NCBI GenBank assembly: GCA_021734665.1
Contig: JAIPIN010000001.1
Location: forward strand, 1-59,759
Direction of reading: 5' to 3'
DNA: 59,759 nt
From: Kiritimatiellales bacterium
GTDB lineage: Bacteria; Patescibacteriota; Gracilibacteria; Peribacterales; Peribacteraceae
Part shown: positions 57,842-59,759 of the stretch, piece by piece
Layout of the letters: every line of letters begins with the position of its first letter
Numbering within the stretch: position 1 is the first letter of the stretch
Notes under the pieces: model-generated
Seen by the model: the letters and a program-made list of their open reading frames with translations, nothing else
Told to the model about the DNA's origin: nothing
The model's database searches: none
Translations under genes and position numbers: made by a program

Positions 57842-59551
57842 ATGTTTTCAAGGCAAAGGCTAATTCTCGCGTTTCTAATACTCTCATCGATAAGAATTAC
57901 ATGGATTCTATTTTTATTCCTGATTTACGAAAGCCAGCTTAGGTTAGCGGGAGACGCTAGTTCATTCTTTACAGTTTCGCAGGGGATGCTAAATGGGATG
58001 CCACTTTATACTGGGCTTTATGAAATGAAGCCCCCTGGACTCTTTTACTTAAATGCCTTATCACTCATCATTGCCGATAACGAAATTCCTCTTACAATTT
58101 TAAAAGTAGTATTAGTGGGGGCTATTCCAGTTTCTATGATTGCATTTGTATTAGTAGTTTTTAAAAAAGTGGATAAACATATAAAAAGATTTTTTCTATT
58201 TACTTCATTGATTGTTGGATGCACAACATCAATTTATATATTAGAGAGAATTTTGGGATTACAGGCAGAGCCTTTTGGAGTGTTTTTCTCAATTTTATAT
58301 GTTCTGATTGTTGGTTGGGATCTTAAAAATATGTCGCGAATAAGAATTGTTTTGGCTGCAATTGCGATAGCTTTGGCAGTTGGGATGAGGGAGCAATTTT
58401 TATTTCCGTTGCTTGCGGCGGGAATGCTCATATCTAGTAATTTAAAGTTTTTTATAAAATCATTTGTAATTCCATGTGCAATAGCAATTGTTGCAGGTTT
58501 AATTTTCATGCAGACGATGGGCTATTTGTATTTCTATCTGAATGTATATCTGCCGGATGCATTCGGATCGGAAGCAGGAATAAATGAGCTAGGAAATATA
58601 TTTATGCGGGGATTGCACGGGTGGATTGTTATGTTGGATGTTAGTTATTTATTCATAATGCCTTTGTTTGGAGTTTTGATCGGTATTTTGTGGGTAAGTG
58701 TGTCTGTTATTAAAACCGAGATAAGCACTTGGAGAGATATAATTGGAGCATGGATATGCACTTGTGCCGGTATTTTGTTCATGCACATTACTTTTGTCGC
58801 ATATCTTATTGCGGATAAAAACTTAGAACATACTATTGTGCGATATGCACCGTTTGTTTATGTGTTAAGTATTACATCCGCACTTATTTTTGTTATCAGC
58901 TTGATTTGGTTGTTTATAAGAAACCGTAGCTTATTGGCACATACTTTGGTGACGATTGTCGCTACTTATCCGATAGTATTTTCCGCTGGGGCAAAGAATT
59001 TTTCGGTGTACCAATTGACGGTTGCAATACCTGTATACATAGCGGTTTTAATTATATTTATGCATGCCGCTTCTGATTATCCAAAAAGAAATCCGATTCC
59101 CTTGATTACAAAAATAATTACTTTGATTATAATCATAATGCCATTTGTGTTAATAGGTTTTGATTGGCAGAAGAAACAGGATCGATTGGAAGAATTTAAT
59201 TCAAAATTTTATATAGATGTAGAGAACGCTAAGCAGTTTGATTCAATGATGGATAGATGCGGATTTGATAATTATATTCCTTGGGATATATTTATTCGTA
59301 CTGCAAAACATTCTCCAATTCAGATGAATTGGGCTACACATAGGTCGTTTAATCCCGGCTCAAATTCGTATTTTCGTTCTAGGACAATAGAACATCTTTC
59401 AAATATACCTGTATTGATTATGGATCCTAGAAGAAGAGGGGACACAGAGCTTCATAGATTGATTGAAGAGAATTTCACACTAGAGCAGCCAGAATGTGCT
59501 CAGGGGTATGAAGAGCCTGAGTTTTATAGTATATATTTTCGTAAGATTTGA
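57842..59551 (+). CDS. Polytopic membrane protein, probably a GT-C-type glycosyltransferase
   Basis: GDASSFF...YEMKPPGLF first-loop motif; about 13 TMs and a soluble C-terminus. Confidence 0.65.
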   Translation: MFSRQRLILAFLILSSIRITWILFLFLIYESQLRLAGDASSFFTVSQGMLNGMPLYTGLYEMKPPGLFYLNALSLIIADNEIPLTILKVVLVGAIPVSMIAFVLVVFKKVDKHIKRFFLFTSLIVGCTTSIYILERILGLQAEPFGVFFSILYVLIVGWDLKNMSRIRIVLAAIAIALAVGMREQFLFPLLAAGMLISSNLKFFIKSFVIPCAIAIVAGLIFMQTMGYLYFYLNVYLPDAFGSEAGINELGNIFMRGLHGWIVMLDVSYLFIMPLFGVLIGILWVSVSVIKTEISTWRDIIGAWICTCAGILFMHITFVAYLIADKNLEHTIVRYAPFVYVLSITSALIFVISLIWLFIRNRSLLAHTLVTIVATYPIVFSAGAKNFSVYQLTVAIPVYIAVLIIFMHAASDYPKRNPIPLITKIITLIIIIMPFVLIGFDWQKKQDRLEEFNSKFYIDVENAKQFDSMMDRCGFDNYIPWDIFIRTAKHSPIQMNWATHRSFNPGSNSYFRSRTIEHLSNIPVLIMDPRRRGDTELHRLIEENFTLEQPECAQGYEEPEFYSIYFRKI

Positions 59552-59554
59552 TAT

Positions 59555-59620
59555 GCAAATAATAAATAACAAATAACAATAACTTAAAAACAAAGAAAAA
59601 TTAAATTACAAAATATAAAG
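59555..59620. repeat. A-rich heptamer array (AAYAAAT)n
   Basis: gcaaat aataaat aacaaat aacaat ... aacaaag. Confidence 0.5.
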
Positions 59621-59636
59621 CTTAAATTCCATTCCG

Positions 59637-59740
59637 AAGTGCAACACCCAAGTGCAACACCTGATTCCCTCTGAAATGCCATAGAGAGGAGGTACGGTAG
59701 AGAAGTCATTCCTACCACCTTCCCACCTCAGCTATGGCAT
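59637..59740. repeat. 12-bp direct repeat pair followed by a nested inverted repeat
   Basis: AAGTGCAACACC at 59637 and 59650; ATGCCATAG (59676-59684) / CTATGGCAT (59732-59740) enclose AGGT/ACCT and GGTAG/CTACC. Confidence 0.7.
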
Positions 59741-59759
59741 ACAGACAGCTTAATAGTTT

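Noticed and set aside
59696..59728. tRNA 3' fragment (ATTCCTACCACCTTCCCA)
   Set aside because: There is only a loose resemblance to a T-arm and acceptor end, without GTTCGA or a correctly placed discriminator plus CCA.

Overview
This is an AT-rich bacterial genome fragment that uses TGA as a stop codon. It most resembles a Candidate Phyla Radiation organism of the Peregrinibacteria/Peribacteria type, inferred from 16S motif variants, the Cys-repeat surface protein and the general gene style. The first ~23.8 kb is housekeeping and accessory DNA: the end of a Cys-repeat surface protein, GT2, tsaB, secA, holB, a TPR protein, a polysaccharide deacetylase, ferredoxin, scattered sufC/sufB/sufD, a MacAB-type ABC exporter, two tiny Cys-rich ORFs missed or mis-started by the ORF track, and a stand-alone minus-strand 16S rRNA gene with a ~190-nt helix-6 expansion and an altered anti-Shine-Dalgarno tail. 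The remaining ~36 kb (23855-59551) is one surface-glycan locus with two parallel nonulosonic-acid pathways (pseudaminic-type and legionaminic/neuraminic-type), an amidino-modification trio, two KpsS-like transferases and several unusual tailoring or fusion enzymes. The most striking non-coding signals are: (i) TAnnnT -10 boxes 6-10 nt upstream of many start codons, with no SD sites seen; (ii) a TTTCCCC motif at SD distance in three leadered genes, complementary to GGGAA just past the 16S 3' end; (iii) palindromic bidirectional -10 elements at sufC and sufD; and (iv) inverted 7/8-mer tandem arrays with different unit sequences in leaders, inside tsaB and inside the 16S rRNA. No tRNA, CRISPR array or transposase was seen.
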